From the NCBI GenBank assembly GCA_964016885.1, contig OZ024741.1:161448001-161512000 (forward strand): DNA of 64,000 nucleotides, written 5' to 3'. This document shows positions 1 through 16,849 of this stretch, piece by piece (position 1 is the first letter of the stretch; the number at the start of each line of letters is the position of its first letter). The translations under genes were made by a program, and so were the position numbers. Source of the DNA: Eledone cirrhosa (lineage: Eukaryota). A model generated the notes under the pieces. The model saw nothing but the letters and a program-made list of their open reading frames with translations. It made no database searches and was not told the origin of the DNA.

Positions 1-330
1 TATATGAGTGTGTGCATGTATCTGTCTATGTATGTATATGAGTGTATGTAAGTCTATCTATATATGTGTATGAGTGTGTGCATGTATCTGTCAATGTATG
101 TGTATGAACGTGTGCGTGTCTGTATGAGTGTGTGCATGTATCTGTCTATGTATGTGTATGAGTGTGTGCATGTATCTCTCTATGTATGTGTATGAGTGTG
201 TGCATGTCTCTGTCTATGTATGTGTATGATTGTATGTGTGCCTGTATGTGTATGAGTGTGTGCATGTATCTATGTATATGTATGACTGTATGAGTATATG
301 TGTGTCTGTATTTGTATGTGTATGTATGTG
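1..330. repeat. Minisatellite, ~34-bp unit (TATGAGTGTGTGCATGTATCTGTCTATGTATGTG)
   Basis: The unit recurs with variants from position 1 to ~330. Confidence 0.85.
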
Positions 331-699
331 CAGTGAGTCATGTATGCAAGTGAACTCCAACCAGGGTTCATATGAACTTAAAGGGTTCACTATAATATTT
401 TAGGAGGTTCCAACAAGGTTTGTCAGTAAAGTTTGACTGTTTCTTGTAACATTCTAAAGGTTTTAATTTAATATATTATTTTTATAAGATAGTATAGATT
501 TTGACGTGGTGGGGCTGTCATAATGGTAAATATAAAAATATACACATATATATTCCTTCTATTATCTAGTTTAATGGTCGTTTATAGCTCACTCAGTAAT
601 ATTATAGGTACCCTAATGTTACTGAGAGGGTTATAAAGAATCCTTAAACTTGATATTTCACAATACAAACCTTAAATTGTTGGATTAAAAATGATTGTC

Positions 700-789
700 A
701 GGCTGCACTCTGAGTTCAAATCTTATCAAGGGCAACTTTACCTTTCATCCTTTCAAAATCAATAAATAAAATGCCAATACTGAGGCTAT

Positions 790-790
<1 letters not shown>
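700..790 (+). mobile_element. Degenerate tRNA-derived SINE, family B fragment
   Basis: B-box-like GAGTTCAAATC followed by ...ACTTTACCTTTCATCCTTTC...AATAAATAAAATGCC, shared with copies at 26772, 54560 and 57435. Confidence 0.6.
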
Positions 791-2250
<1,460 letters not shown>

Positions 2251-2251
<1 letters not shown>

Positions 2252-2420
2252 TACATGGACACACTAGAAGAGGAAGACCAAGGTTAACATATGTTGATGC
2301 ACTAAGGACAGACACTGGTCTGTTGGAGATGCAGGATATCGCAGCGATAATGAGGGACAGAGACCGCTGGAGAGAACTCGTCCATGGATCTCGGGAATTT
2401 TACCCGCCTTAGATAGATAG
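2251..2420 (+). mobile_element. 3' end of a second RTE-like LINE (family RTE-b), 5'-truncated
   Basis: Encodes [23 protein letters not shown]...[11 protein letters not shown]...P*, matching the RTE C-terminal GRP...DRxxWR motif. The stop TAG runs directly into a (TAGA)n tail. Confidence 0.8.
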
Positions 2421-2632
2421 ATATATATATATATATATATATATATCTCTATATATATATATATCTCTATGTATATATATATCCCTATATATATATATAT
2501 CTATATATATATATATATCTCTCTATATATATATATCTCTCTCTCTATATATATATCTCTATATATATATATATATCTATATATATATATAGATATATAT
2601 ATATCTCTCTCTATATATATATATATATAAAT

Positions 2633-2663
<31 letters not shown>

Positions 2664-2666
2664 AAT

Positions 2667-2830
2667 ATACATGGACACACTAGAAGAGGAAGACCAAGGT
2701 TAACATATGTTGATGCCCTAAGGACAGACACTGGTCTGTTGGAGATGCAGGATATGGCAGCGATAATGAGGGACAGAGACCGCTGGAGAGAACTCGTCCA
2801 TGGATCTCGGGAATTTTACCCGCCTTAGAT

Positions 2831-2833
<3 letters not shown>
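2667..2833 (+). mobile_element. RTE-b 3' end, tandem duplicate of 2251-2420
   Basis: Near-identical sequence, same 5' truncation point and similar TA flank. Confidence 0.8.
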
Positions 2834-2875
<42 letters not shown>

Positions 2876-2885
2876 TATATATCTA

Positions 2886-5800
2886 TATTATCATCAGGTT
2901 TAGCGTCCGTGTTCCACGCTTGCATGGGTTTGGACGGGGGTTTTCCCACTTGAGGCAAGAGTGGTTGTCTTGCTCGCATAGGACTGTCTGGCGGGTTTTC
3001 TACAGTTGGATGCCCTTCCTAACACCAACCACATTTACAGTGTGGGGCTGGGAGGTTTTTACCGTGTTGCCTACACGGCCACATTACAGCGTGGACTGTC
3101 TGGCGGGTTTTCTACAGCTGGATGCCCTTCCTAACACCAACCACATTTACAGTGTGGGGCTGGGAGGTTTTTACCGTGTTGCCTACACGGCCACATTTAC
3201 AGCGTGGACTAAGTGTTTTTTGTCGTGACACCTACACGATCTCATTTGTTTCGGCCTGGATGTTGTGGGACCAACATAACTTTACATTGAAAGGGGCGGT
3301 GTGGGTGGGGTGGAGGTGGTGGGACGGGGGTGTGTTTTGATAGAGGTGCCTACTGACTGTAGTAGGTTTTTACTTTGTATTTAGGTAAGGCGGGTCTTCT
3401 CTATTACTGAGTACCGCCAAAGGTCTCGGTCCAGTGACATTGTCTTGGAGAGGTGTAAGCGTGTGAGGTCGGAATTTATCAGCTCGTCCCATGTTTTTCT
3501 GGGTCTGCCTACTCCGTGGCTACCGTCTATCTTTATTGCCCTGCACTTTGTTATACATCTGTCGTCTTTCATGCGCATCACGTGACCGTACCAACGTAGC
3601 CTTCTCTCGAGTAAACAACATCTGATCCCTCTTATTTCTAATTTTTTCCTTAGTTCGTTTATGCTTTGCCGTTCACGTATATTACTATTGCACATCCAGC
3701 GGAGCATGCAAGCTTCGTTCCTCTCTAGTCTGCGTATATCCTCTGCACACAATGCCCAGGTCTCACTGCCATGCAGCATTGCTGTTCGTATGCAGGCATC
3801 GTATAACCTGCCTTTCATTTTTAGGGAGAACCCTCTAGCGGCTAATAGTGGTATAAGCTCTCTGAACTTTTTCCATCCAGTTCTGACTCTAGCTACTGTA
3901 CTTTCAGAGCACCCTCCCCCACTGCTGATTTTGTCACCCAGATAACGGAAGCTGTCCACTATTTCTATAGAACCCTCTGCGCAGTTGAAGGAGCTAGTAT
4001 TTTGTGGGCACTTGCTGCTACTTATTGCACCAGAGCACCGGCCACATGTAAAATCTATGTTCTTAGTTAGCTTACCTGTGATCCCACTACATCTTTTATG
4101 CACCCATACTTTGCATTTGGGACATAAAATGGAGTTTCTACCTACGCCTTTCCTACACACTGAGCATGGCCATTTCCCCGATGGGACCGCCGCCTTATTT
4201 TCTTTCCTACAAACTAGAGCTTTAGTCTTAGCCAGGTTAATTTTAAGGCCTTTTGATTCTAGGCCGTGCTTCCACGTTTGGAATTTCTTCTCTAGTTCGG
4301 TCATTGATTCAGCTATGAGCGTTAGATCATCTGCGTATAGGAGTTCCCATGGGCAGCCGGTCTTGAACTCCTCTGTTATAGCCTGAAGGGCAATAATAAA
4401 TAGTAGGGGGCTAAGTACAGAGCCCTGATGGACACCAACTTTTACGCTAAACTCTTCACTATATTCGTTGTTAATTCTAACCTTACTTACTGTTTCTTTA
4501 TACATGGCTTGTATAGCTCTCACAAGCCATTCGTCAACACCTAGTTTTCTAAGAGACCACCAGATAATGGAACGGGGGACTCTGTCGAAGGCTTTCTCCA
4601 AGTCGACAAAAGCTAAGTATAGGGGTTTACTTTTAGCTAGGTACTTCTCCTGTAGTTGTCGTACAATGAAAAGAGCGTCTGTGGTACTTTTGCCTGACAC
4701 AAACCCGAACTGCATTTCATCTAGATCAATTCTCTCTCTGATTAGTTGCGCTATTACTTTTTCCGTGACCTTCATGACCTGGTCGATTAATTTAATGCCT
4801 CTATAGTTACTCCTATCTAGGGCATCTCCTTTTCCCTTATAGCAGTTAACGATGATGCTGCTACGCCATTCCTTCGGAACAACCCCATTCTGTACGACTT
4901 GGTTAATTATCCGGGTGACCATGGTGTGTCCCACCGAACCAGATGCCTTCAGCATCTCAGCAACTATTTCCGAAGGCCCAGCCGCCTTACCCGTCTTCAT
5001 ATCTTTGATTGCCTTACTTATTATACTACCTTCAACTAACACTGCTGGTCCCTCTATTGGATCGATCTGGGGGAGACTGTCTTTCTTCCATTTGTTCTCC
5101 TCATTTAGAAGCCTTTCGTAGTGACACTTCCAAGCTACCTTCTTATCAGCGTCGGTGATGGCAAGTATGCCATCATCGTTAAGTACACACTTCTCCCCGA
5201 CAATATCACGGTTTTCCTTGACACATTGCCTGGCAATCCTGAACACCTCACGTTTTTGGTCCTCACGTTGTAGAACATGCTTGAACTTTCTTTCCTCTGC
5301 TTCCCTTCTTGCGAAGTACACTTGTCTCCTAGCTTCCCTCCTGGCCACTTGATAGTCTTCTCTACTTCCCCCATCCCGCCATACTTTCCAAGCCTGCTTT
5401 TTGGCCTTAATTGACTCCTCCACCTTACTGTTCCACCACCATGTTACTCTCCTCCTACCTACAGGCCTGCTCCAGCCACAGACTTCGTCTGCCGCCGTCA
5501 GCAGGTTTGCTCTCAGGAATTCCCACTGTTCCTCTATATTATACGACTCTAATTGCTCTTCCTTACTGTCGAAAGCGTCAAGTAATTTGCTTTGAAATTT
5601 ATTTCTGGCTATGGGGTCCTTTAGCTTCCATATTTTTCTCCTGAGGATAGTCCTCTTTCGCTGTCTAGTACGTCTCGTCCTGACTGTGAGGTCGCTAATT
5701 ATCAGTCTATGTTGGGAGGTGAATTCTTCATGGGGGTGGGATTTAGTGTTAACAACAGACACTCTGTCACGTCTTCTGGTAAGGATATAATCTACCTGGC

Positions 5801-6188
5801 TTGTGTGTTCCCCCGATCTATAGGTGATCAAGTGATTGTCTCGTTTTTTGAAGTTAGTGTTACAGATAATTAAGTTATTTGCGTCGCAGAATTCCAGGAT
5901 TCTGGAGCCTTCCTCATTTCTAGTACCGAACCCATAGCCTCCATGGATTCCGTCATAGCCGTCACAATGTTGTCCAACGTGACCATTTAGGTCGCCTGCA
6001 ATAACTATATAGTCACTGTCGGTTATTTGGGAGGTAGCGAGCATCAGTGTCTCGTAGAATCTGTCTTTTATAGCGCGGGGCAGTCCGAATTGGGGTGCGT
6101 ACGCAGATATTACTGTCACCGTAGTTTTATTGAGGACAAGTCTTATTTTAATTATTCTGTCGTTCACTCTATTTACGTCTATTATCTT
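2886..6188 (-). mobile_element. RTE-clade LINE copy 1 (RTE-a), 5'-truncated within the endonuclease
   Basis: Long ORF plus 3' UTR ending in a short GAT-type tail; flanked by (TA)n on both sides. Confidence 0.95.
3381..6167 (-). CDS. LINE ORF: AP endonuclease (N-terminally truncated) + reverse transcriptase with inserted PHD finger
   Basis: EN motifs SAYAPQ, GDLNGH, QVDYIL, SQHR. RT motifs [48 protein letters not shown]-terminus [16 protein letters not shown]. 928 aa without a stop. Confidence 0.95.
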   Translation of the reverse strand: MNDRIIKIRLVLNKTTVTVISAYAPQFGLPRAIKDRFYETLMLATSQITDSDYIVIAGDLNGHVGQHCDGYDGIHGGYGFGTRNEEGSRILEFCDANNLIICNTNFKKRDNHLITYRSGEHTSQVDYILTRRRDRVSVVNTKSHPHEEFTSQHRLIISDLTVRTRRTRQRKRTILRRKIWKLKDPIARNKFQSKLLDAFDSKEEQLESYNIEEQWEFLRANLLTAADEVCGWSRPVGRRRVTWWWNSKVEESIKAKKQAWKVWRDGGSREDYQVARREARRQVYFARREAEERKFKHVLQREDQKREVFRIARQCVKENRDIVGEKCVLNDDGILAITDADKKVAWKCHYERLLNEENKWKKDSLPQIDPIEGPAVLVEGSIISKAIKDMKTGKAAGPSEIVAEMLKASGSVGHTMVTRIINQVVQNGVVPKEWRSSIIVNCYKGKGDALDRSNYRGIKLIDQVMKVTEKVIAQLIRERIDLDEMQFGFVSGKSTTDALFIVRQLQEKYLAKSKPLYLAFVDLEKAFDRVPRSIIWWSLRKLGVDEWLVRAIQAMYKETVSKVRINNEYSEEFSVKVGVHQGSVLSPLLFIIALQAITEEFKTGCPWELLYADDLTLIAESMTELEKKFQTWKHGLESKGLKINLAKTKALVCRKENKAAVPSGKWPCSVCRKGVGRNSILCPKCKVWVHKRCSGITGKLTKNIDFTCGRCSGAISSSKCPQNTSSFNCAEGSIEIVDSFRYLGDKISSGGGCSESTVARVRTGWKKFRELIPLLAARGFSLKMKGRLYDACIRTAMLHGSETWALCAEDIRRLERNEACMLRWMCNSNIRERQSINELRKKLEIRGIRCCLLERRLRWYGHVMRMKDDRCITKCRAIKIDGSHGVGRPRKTWDELINSDLTRLHLSKTMSLDRDLWRYSVIEKTRLT

Positions 6189-6211
6189 ATATATATATAT
6201 AAATATATATA

Positions 6212-6297
<86 letters not shown>

Positions 6298-6409
6298 TAT
6301 ATAGATATCTATATATATATATATATAGATATCTATATATATATATATATAGATATCTATATATATATATATATAGATATCTATATATATATATATATAG
6401 ATATCTATA
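6189..6409. repeat. (TA)n microsatellite between two LINEs
   Basis: Seen directly in the sequence. Confidence 0.95.
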
Positions 6410-9235
6410 TCATCATCATCATCAACGTTTAACGTCCATGTTCCACGCTTGCATGGGTTTGGACGGGGGTAGTCCCACTTGAGGCAAGAGTGATTGTCTT
6501 GCTCGCATAGGACTGTCTGGCGGGTTTTCTACAGTTGGATGCCCTTCCTAACACCAACCACATTTACAGTGTGGGTCTGGGAGGTTTTTACCGTGTTGCC
6601 TACACGGCCACATTACAGCGTGGACTGTGTGTTTTTTTGTCGTGACACCTACACGATCTCATTTGTTTCGGCCTCGATGGCGCGGCACCAACATAACTTT
6701 ACATAGAACGGGGTGGTGTGGATGGGGTAGGGGTGGGGGTGGTGGGACGGGGTGTATTTTGTTAGGGATGCCTGCTGGCTGGAGTAGGTTTTACTATATA
6801 TTTAGGTAAGGCGGGTCTTCTCTGTTACTGAGTACCGCCAAAGGTCTCGGTCCAGTGACATTGTCTTGGAGAGGTGTAAGTGTGTGATGTCGGAGTTTAT
6901 CAGCTCGTCCCAGGTTTTTCTAGGTCTGCCTATTCCGTGACTACCGTCTATCTTTATTGCCCTGCACTTTGTTATACAGCTATCGACTTTCATGCGCATC
7001 ACGTGTCCATACCAACGTAGCCTTCTCTCGAGTAAACAACATCTGATCCCTCTTATCTCTAATTTTTTCCTTAGTTCGTTTATGCTTTGCCGTTCACGTA
7101 TATTACTGTTACACATCCAGCGGAGCATGCAAGCTTCGTTCCTCTCTAGTCTGCGTATATCCTCTGCACACAATGCCCAGGTCTCACTGCCATGCAGCAT
7201 TGCTGTTCGTATGCAGGCATCGTACAACCTGCCTTTCATTTTTAGTGAGAACCCTTTAGCAGCTAATAGTGGTATAAGCTCTCTGAACTTTTTCCAACCA
7301 GTTCTGACTCTAGCTACAGTACTATCAGAGCACCCTCCCCCACTGCTGATTTTATCGCCCAGGTAACGGAAGCTGTCCACTATTTCTATAGAACCCTCTG
7401 CGCAATTGAAAGAGCTAGTAGCTTGTGGGCACTTGCTGCTACTTATTGCACCAGAGCACCGGCCACATGTAAAATCTATGTTCTTAGTTAGCTTACCTGT
7501 GATCCCACTACATCTTTTATGCACCCATACTTTGCATTTAGGACATAAAATGGAGTTTCTACCTACGCCTTTCCTACACACCGAGCACGACCATTTCCCA
7601 GAAGGGACCGCCGCCTTGTTTTCTTTCCTACAAACTAGTACTTTAGTCTTAGCCAGGTTAATTTTAAGTCCTTTTGACTCTAGGCCGTGCTTCCATGTTT
7701 GGAATTTCTTCTCTAGCTCGGCCATTGATTCCGCTATGAGTGTCAGGTCGTCTGCGTATAGGAGTTCCCATGGGCAGCCTGTCTTGAACTCCTCTGATAT
7801 AGCCTGAAGGGCAATAATAAATAGTAGTGGGCTGAGAACAGAGCCCTGATGGACGCCAACTTTTACGCTAAACTCTTCACTATATTCGTTGTTAATTCTA
7901 ACCTTGCTGACTGTTTCTTTATACATGGCTTGTATAGCCCTCACAAGCCATTCGTCAACGCCTAGTTTTCTAAGAGCCCACCAGATAATGGAGCGGGGGA
8001 CTCTGTCGAAGGCTTTCTCCAAGTCGACAAAAGCTAAGTAGAGGGGTTTACCTTTAGCTAGGTACTTCTCCTGTAGTTGTCGTACTATGAAAAGAGCGTC
8101 TGTGGTACTTTTGCCTGACACAAACCCGAACTGCATTTCATCTAGGTCAATTCTCTCTCTGATTAGTTGCGCTATTACTTTTTCCGTGACCTTCATGACC
8201 TGGTCGATTAATTTAATGCCTCTATAGTTACTCCTATCTAGGGCATCTCCTTTACCCTTATAACAGTTAACGATGATGCTGCTATGCCAGTCCTTCGGAA
8301 CAACCCCATTCTGTACGACTTGGTTAACTATGCGGGTGACCAAGGTGTGTCCCACCGTGCCAGATGCCTTCAGCATCTCAGCAACTATTTCCGAAGGCCC
8401 AGCCGCCTTACCCGTCTTCATATCCTTGATTGCCTTACTTATTATACTCCCCTCGACTAACACTGCTGGTCCCTCTATTGGGTCGATATGGGGGAGACTG
8501 CCTTTCTCCCAATTATTCTCCTCATTTAGTAGCCTTTCATAGTGACACTTCCAAGCTACCTTCTTATCAGCGTCGGTGATGGCAAGTGTGCCATCGTCGT
8601 TTAGTACACACTTCTCCCCGACAATATCACGGTTTTCCTTGACGCATTGCCTAGCAATCCTGAACACCTCACGTTTTTGGTCATCGCGTTGTAGAACATG
8701 CTTGAACTTTCTTTCCTCAGCTTCCCTTCTTGCTAAGTACACTTGTCTCCTAGCTTCCCTCCTGGCCACTTGATAGTCCTCTCTACTTCCCCCATCCCGC
8801 CATACTTTCCAAGCCTGCTTTTTGGCCTTAATTGACCCCTCCACCTTACTGTTCCACCACCATGTTACTCTCCTCCTGCCTACAGGCCTGCTCCAGCCAC
8901 AGACTTCGTCTGTCGCCAACAGCAGGTTTGCTTTCAGAAATTCCCACTCTCCCTCTATATTGTCCGACTCTAAATGTTCTTCCTTACTGTCGAAAGCATC
9001 AAGTAATATGCTTTGAAATTTATTCCTGGCTGTGGGGTCCTTTAGCTTCCATATTTTCCTCCTGAGGATAGTCCTCTTCTGTTGTCGAGTACGTCTCGTC
9101 CTGACTATGAGGTCGCTAATTATCAGTCTATGTTGGGAGGTGCATTCTTCATGGCGGAGGGATTTAGTGTTTACAACAGACACTCTGTCACGTCTTCTGG
9201 TAAGGATATAATCTACCTGGCTTGTGTGTTCCCCG
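6410..9235 (-). mobile_element. RTE-a LINE copy 2, 5'-truncated
   Basis: (CAT)n tail at 6410, 3' UTR, and ORF paralogous to copy 1; homology stops at TA repeat at ~9235. Confidence 0.95.
6802..9183 (-). CDS. LINE ORF (EN C-terminal end + RT + PHD), uninterrupted 793 aa
   Basis: Same motifs as 3381-6167. Confidence 0.93.
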   Translation of the reverse strand: MSVVNTKSLRHEECTSQHRLIISDLIVRTRRTRQQKRTILRRKIWKLKDPTARNKFQSILLDAFDSKEEHLESDNIEGEWEFLKANLLLATDEVCGWSRPVGRRRVTWWWNSKVEGSIKAKKQAWKVWRDGGSREDYQVARREARRQVYLARREAEERKFKHVLQRDDQKREVFRIARQCVKENRDIVGEKCVLNDDGTLAITDADKKVAWKCHYERLLNEENNWEKGSLPHIDPIEGPAVLVEGSIISKAIKDMKTGKAAGPSEIVAEMLKASGTVGHTLVTRIVNQVVQNGVVPKDWHSSIIVNCYKGKGDALDRSNYRGIKLIDQVMKVTEKVIAQLIRERIDLDEMQFGFVSGKSTTDALFIVRQLQEKYLAKGKPLYLAFVDLEKAFDRVPRSIIWWALRKLGVDEWLVRAIQAMYKETVSKVRINNEYSEEFSVKVGVHQGSVLSPLLFIIALQAISEEFKTGCPWELLYADDLTLIAESMAELEKKFQTWKHGLESKGLKINLAKTKVLVCRKENKAAVPSGKWSCSVCRKGVGRNSILCPKCKVWVHKRCSGITGKLTKNIDFTCGRCSGAISSSKCPQATSSFNCAEGSIEIVDSFRYLGDKISSGGGCSDSTVARVRTGWKKFRELIPLLAAKGFSLKMKGRLYDACIRTAMLHGSETWALCAEDIRRLERNEACMLRWMCNSNIRERQSINELRKKLEIRGIRCCLLERRLRWYGHVMRMKVDSCITKCRAIKIDGSHGIGRPRKTWDELINSDITHLHLSKTMSLDRDLWRYSVTEKTRLT

Positions 9236-13524
<4,289 letters not shown>

Positions 13525-13671
13525 ATTTTGAGTTTATGTTGGTTGTATACCAACACCTCAGTATGCAGGCTGGAGCACTCGACGAAGTGCGCAGGTTGGT
13601 TTGGTTACTCCAGAGTAGTGTAAAATAAAGTTAAATAAAAGTCAAATGATTAAAATTTAGCTTCGTTTATT

Positions 13672-13726
13672 ACTGCTATATATATTTCAGTGACAGCCAT
13701 CTTTGGCTGTGACCTCTTCAGGCAGT
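13672..13726 (-). ncRNA. Minimal type-I hammerhead ribozyme
   Basis: Reverse complement of 13970-14024. Confidence 0.85.
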
Positions 13727-13969
13727 TTGAATTAGTATGGTATAGACAAGTACATATGTTGTTTAGGTGTATGATATTGTCAATACTCTGATATGCCCAG
13801 TTCCTTGTTGGGTTGTTAATTCACTGGGGAACTGGAGTCATATCACTCCATGATATGACTCCAGTTCCCCAGTGAATTAACAACCCAACAAGGAACTGGG
13901 CATATCAGAGTATTGACAATATCATACACCTAAACAACATATGTACTTGTCTATACCATACTAATTCAA

Positions 13970-14024
13970 ACTGCCTGAAGAGGTCACAGCCAAAGATGGC
14001 TGTCACTGAAATATATATAGCAGT
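13970..14024 (+). ncRNA. Minimal type-I hammerhead ribozyme
   Basis: ACTGC-CTGAAGA-[GGTCACAGCC AAAGAT GGCTGTCACT]-GAAA-TATATA-TA-GCAGT: stem I ACTGC/GCAGT, canonical core, palindromic stem III. Confidence 0.88.
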
Positions 14025-14075
14025 AATAAACGAAGCTAAATTTTAATCATTTGACTTTTATTTAACTTTATTTTA

Positions 14076-14505
14076 TATATATATATATATATATATCTAT
14101 ATATATATATCTATATATATATATCTATATATCTATATCTATATATATATCTATATATATATATCTATTTATATCTATATATATATATATATATATCTAT
14201 ATATATATATCTATATATATATATCTATATATATATATCTATATATATATATATCTATATATATATATATCTATATATATATATATCTATATATATATAT
14301 CTATATATATATATCTATATATATATATCTATATATATATATCTATATATATATATATCTATATATATATATCTATATATATATATATCTATATATATAT
14401 ATCTATATATATATATATCTATATATATATATATCTATATATATATATCTATATATATATATATCTATATATATATATCTATATATATATCTATATATAT
14501 ATATA

Positions 14506-14546
<41 letters not shown>

Positions 14547-14655
14547 ATATATATATATCTATATATATATATCTATATATATATATCTATATATATCTAT
14601 ATATATATATCTATATATATATATCTATATATATATATCTATATATATATAGATA
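14076..14655. repeat. (TA)n/(TATC) microsatellite
   Basis: Seen directly in the sequence. Confidence 0.95.
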
Positions 14656-15776
14656 TAAATTCCATAAAACATTTCACAAAGTATACAGCTAATATTCAAT
14701 TCTTTATCAATTTAGAATCTTTTTCTCAAAGGCACATATATATATATACACTTCTTTTAAAAATATACCCATCTTTCTACCTTATTTCAAAGGTTATTAT
14801 ACATTCTATAATACTTGTTTACTCATTACTCTTACTCTATATCACCTTGTAAAAATCCTTCGTAAACATATACATTTTTTTTGACGCTAGATTATTCATC
14901 CTCAATTCATTATTCTTTTCTCCCTATCATCTAACTCATTATTCTCAATACATATTAACATTTTCTTTTTTCTTCGCACATATTATCAAATCCTTCAATA
15001 TACAAACCTTAACTTTACATTATTTTTCTCTTCGTTAATTTTCAAATTCTATAATACTTGTTTACTCTTTCTACATCACCCATATTTATCACTTCCTTTT
15101 CTTCTCTTCTAATATCTAACCCCTAATCTGTACCTTTTCTCACTCCTGCCTAACATAGAATCAATTATTACATAATACAACACATTCTTACTCTATATCA
15201 CCTTGTAAAAATCCTTCGTAAACATATACATTTTTTTTGACGTTAAATTATTCATCCTCAATTCATTATTCTTTTCTCCCTATCATCTAACTCATTATTC
15301 TCAATACATATTAACTCCTTCTTTTCTTCGCACATATTTTTCTCTTCGTTAATTTTCAAATTCTTTTAATTTATACATTATCTTCCAACGGTTTTCAACC
15401 TCTCTATGTAAAACAATATATCTTTCTCAGTTATAAAAACTATCTCTCTCTCTCTCTATCACCCATCTCTCCTCCTATCTCATCCTTCCTCATTATACTC
15501 CTCCCTCTCCACCTTCACTCTCATCTCTTCTTTTTTTCATCCTTTCCACCACCACCACCACCCCTCTAAATAAAATATTTTTCCAATATCACACATCAAT
15601 CTAAAACTACTTCTCATATGTTGATTTAAAACTGAACTATCCACAAGTGTTTTTAACCTTCATATCATGTCCTCCTGTTTTATCTGATGAAAACACAAAT
15701 ATTATTGCATGATGATATTTGTTTTTGAAATGCGCATAATAAAATACATGGAACTCTTTTAACCATCTTTGTTCTT
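14656..15776 (+). mobile_element. Probable solo Penelope-like pLTR/3' region with an internal ~180-bp duplication
   Basis: Pyrimidine-rich non-coding tract; ~14830-15050 is repeated at ~15187-15365; ends in an HHR with AATAAA, then (TA)n. Confidence 0.55.
15678..15744 (+). ncRNA. Minimal type-I hammerhead ribozyme
   Basis: TTTTAT-CTGATGA-[AAACACAAATATTAT TGC ATGATGATATTTGTTTTT]-GAAA-TGCGCA-TA-ATAAAA. Confidence 0.88.
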
Positions 15777-15851
15777 ATATATATATCTATATATATATCT
15801 ATATATCTATATATATATCTATATCTATATCTATATATATATATCTATATC

Positions 15852-15882
<31 letters not shown>

Positions 15883-15989
15883 AAACGAAAAATCAGTGAT
15901 GCATCTGAACTCATTTTATTGTGTGTTACAATTGTTTCGCCGGCGGACAGCTCGAGACACGATCAGACACACACACACACACACACATA

Positions 15990-16071
<82 letters not shown>

Positions 16072-16614
16072 GGAAGCAGAAAATTGCTTATTGTAATCAG
16101 TTTGTGGTTAAGATAGCCAGTTTCTTGGACGGTTACCAATGTACGGTTAGGGGTAACTCCACAAGTTTGCAAGAATGTGGTTAGTAAATCACATTCAATC
16201 TTGGAGTATAAAGAATAAAAGCGAAACACAGGTAACTCTCCTACTATAACGATTTAATTCTCTTTAACTCCCTACACTGTAAATTGACGACATCAAGTCT
16301 ACGAATCAAAACTGATCAAGGAATCCTTCCATTTTTTCCCCTCCCTCCATCCCCGTTTGTCCCTCTACTTCCTCATTCTTCTCCGCTTCCTCTCTCTCTC
16401 TATATAGTAAATACGATTCCAAAAAAATGTTTTTTTTTTATATATTAAGAACCTTTTACAAGTAACTTATTCATTATTTTGAAAATTTGGAGGTGAACAA
16501 CAATGTATTATTGAGTGGCTGCTATTTGCAGTATAGCAATATAAGGTTGCGCTTACCAATGAAACGGTCGTAAATAAAATCCTTTTTTTAATGCTTACCT
16601 GTGTTTTCTCTTTT

Positions 16615-16658
<44 letters not shown>

Positions 16659-16672
16659 TTTTAATATAGAAG

Positions 16673-16723
16673 AGCTTCTACAGGACTAGAACTGTTTCAT
16701 TCGTGAGAAATCATCAGAGAGCT
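16673..16723 (-). ncRNA. Type-I hammerhead ribozyme
   Basis: Minus strand AGCTCT-CTGATGA-TTTC TCAC GAAT-GAAA-CAG TTCTAGTC CTG-TA-GAAGCT; one mismatch in stem I. Confidence 0.7.
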
Positions 16724-16849
16724 GGCTGTCCAAGTAAGTAGTGGTATTTATATCTTTTCTTTTCTGGTAGTAGGAGAGGGTGGGGATTGGGATGAGTGGA
16801 GGTCATTGTTTGAAGGATTTAAAGAAAAGGAGTTCATTAAAAGCTAATT

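Larger units (their letters stand above)
13525..14075. mobile_element. Fold-back element: 225-bp inverted arms (13621-13845 / 13851-14075), 5-nt spacer, ~95-bp one-sided tail; probable Penelope-like pLTR derivative
   Basis: The arms read as reverse complements around CTCCA. Each arm carries an HHR followed by AATAAA. Flanked by (TA)n. Confidence 0.85.

Noticed and set aside
3661-9065. Recurrent antisense ORFs overlapping the RTE ORFs
   Set aside because: They recur only because the copies are paralogous; no motifs or independent signals.
15930-15945. Half hammerhead on the minus strand (GAAA-CAATTG-TA); similar halves near 16560 and 54056
   Set aside because: The CUGANGA half is missing; at most truncated remnants.
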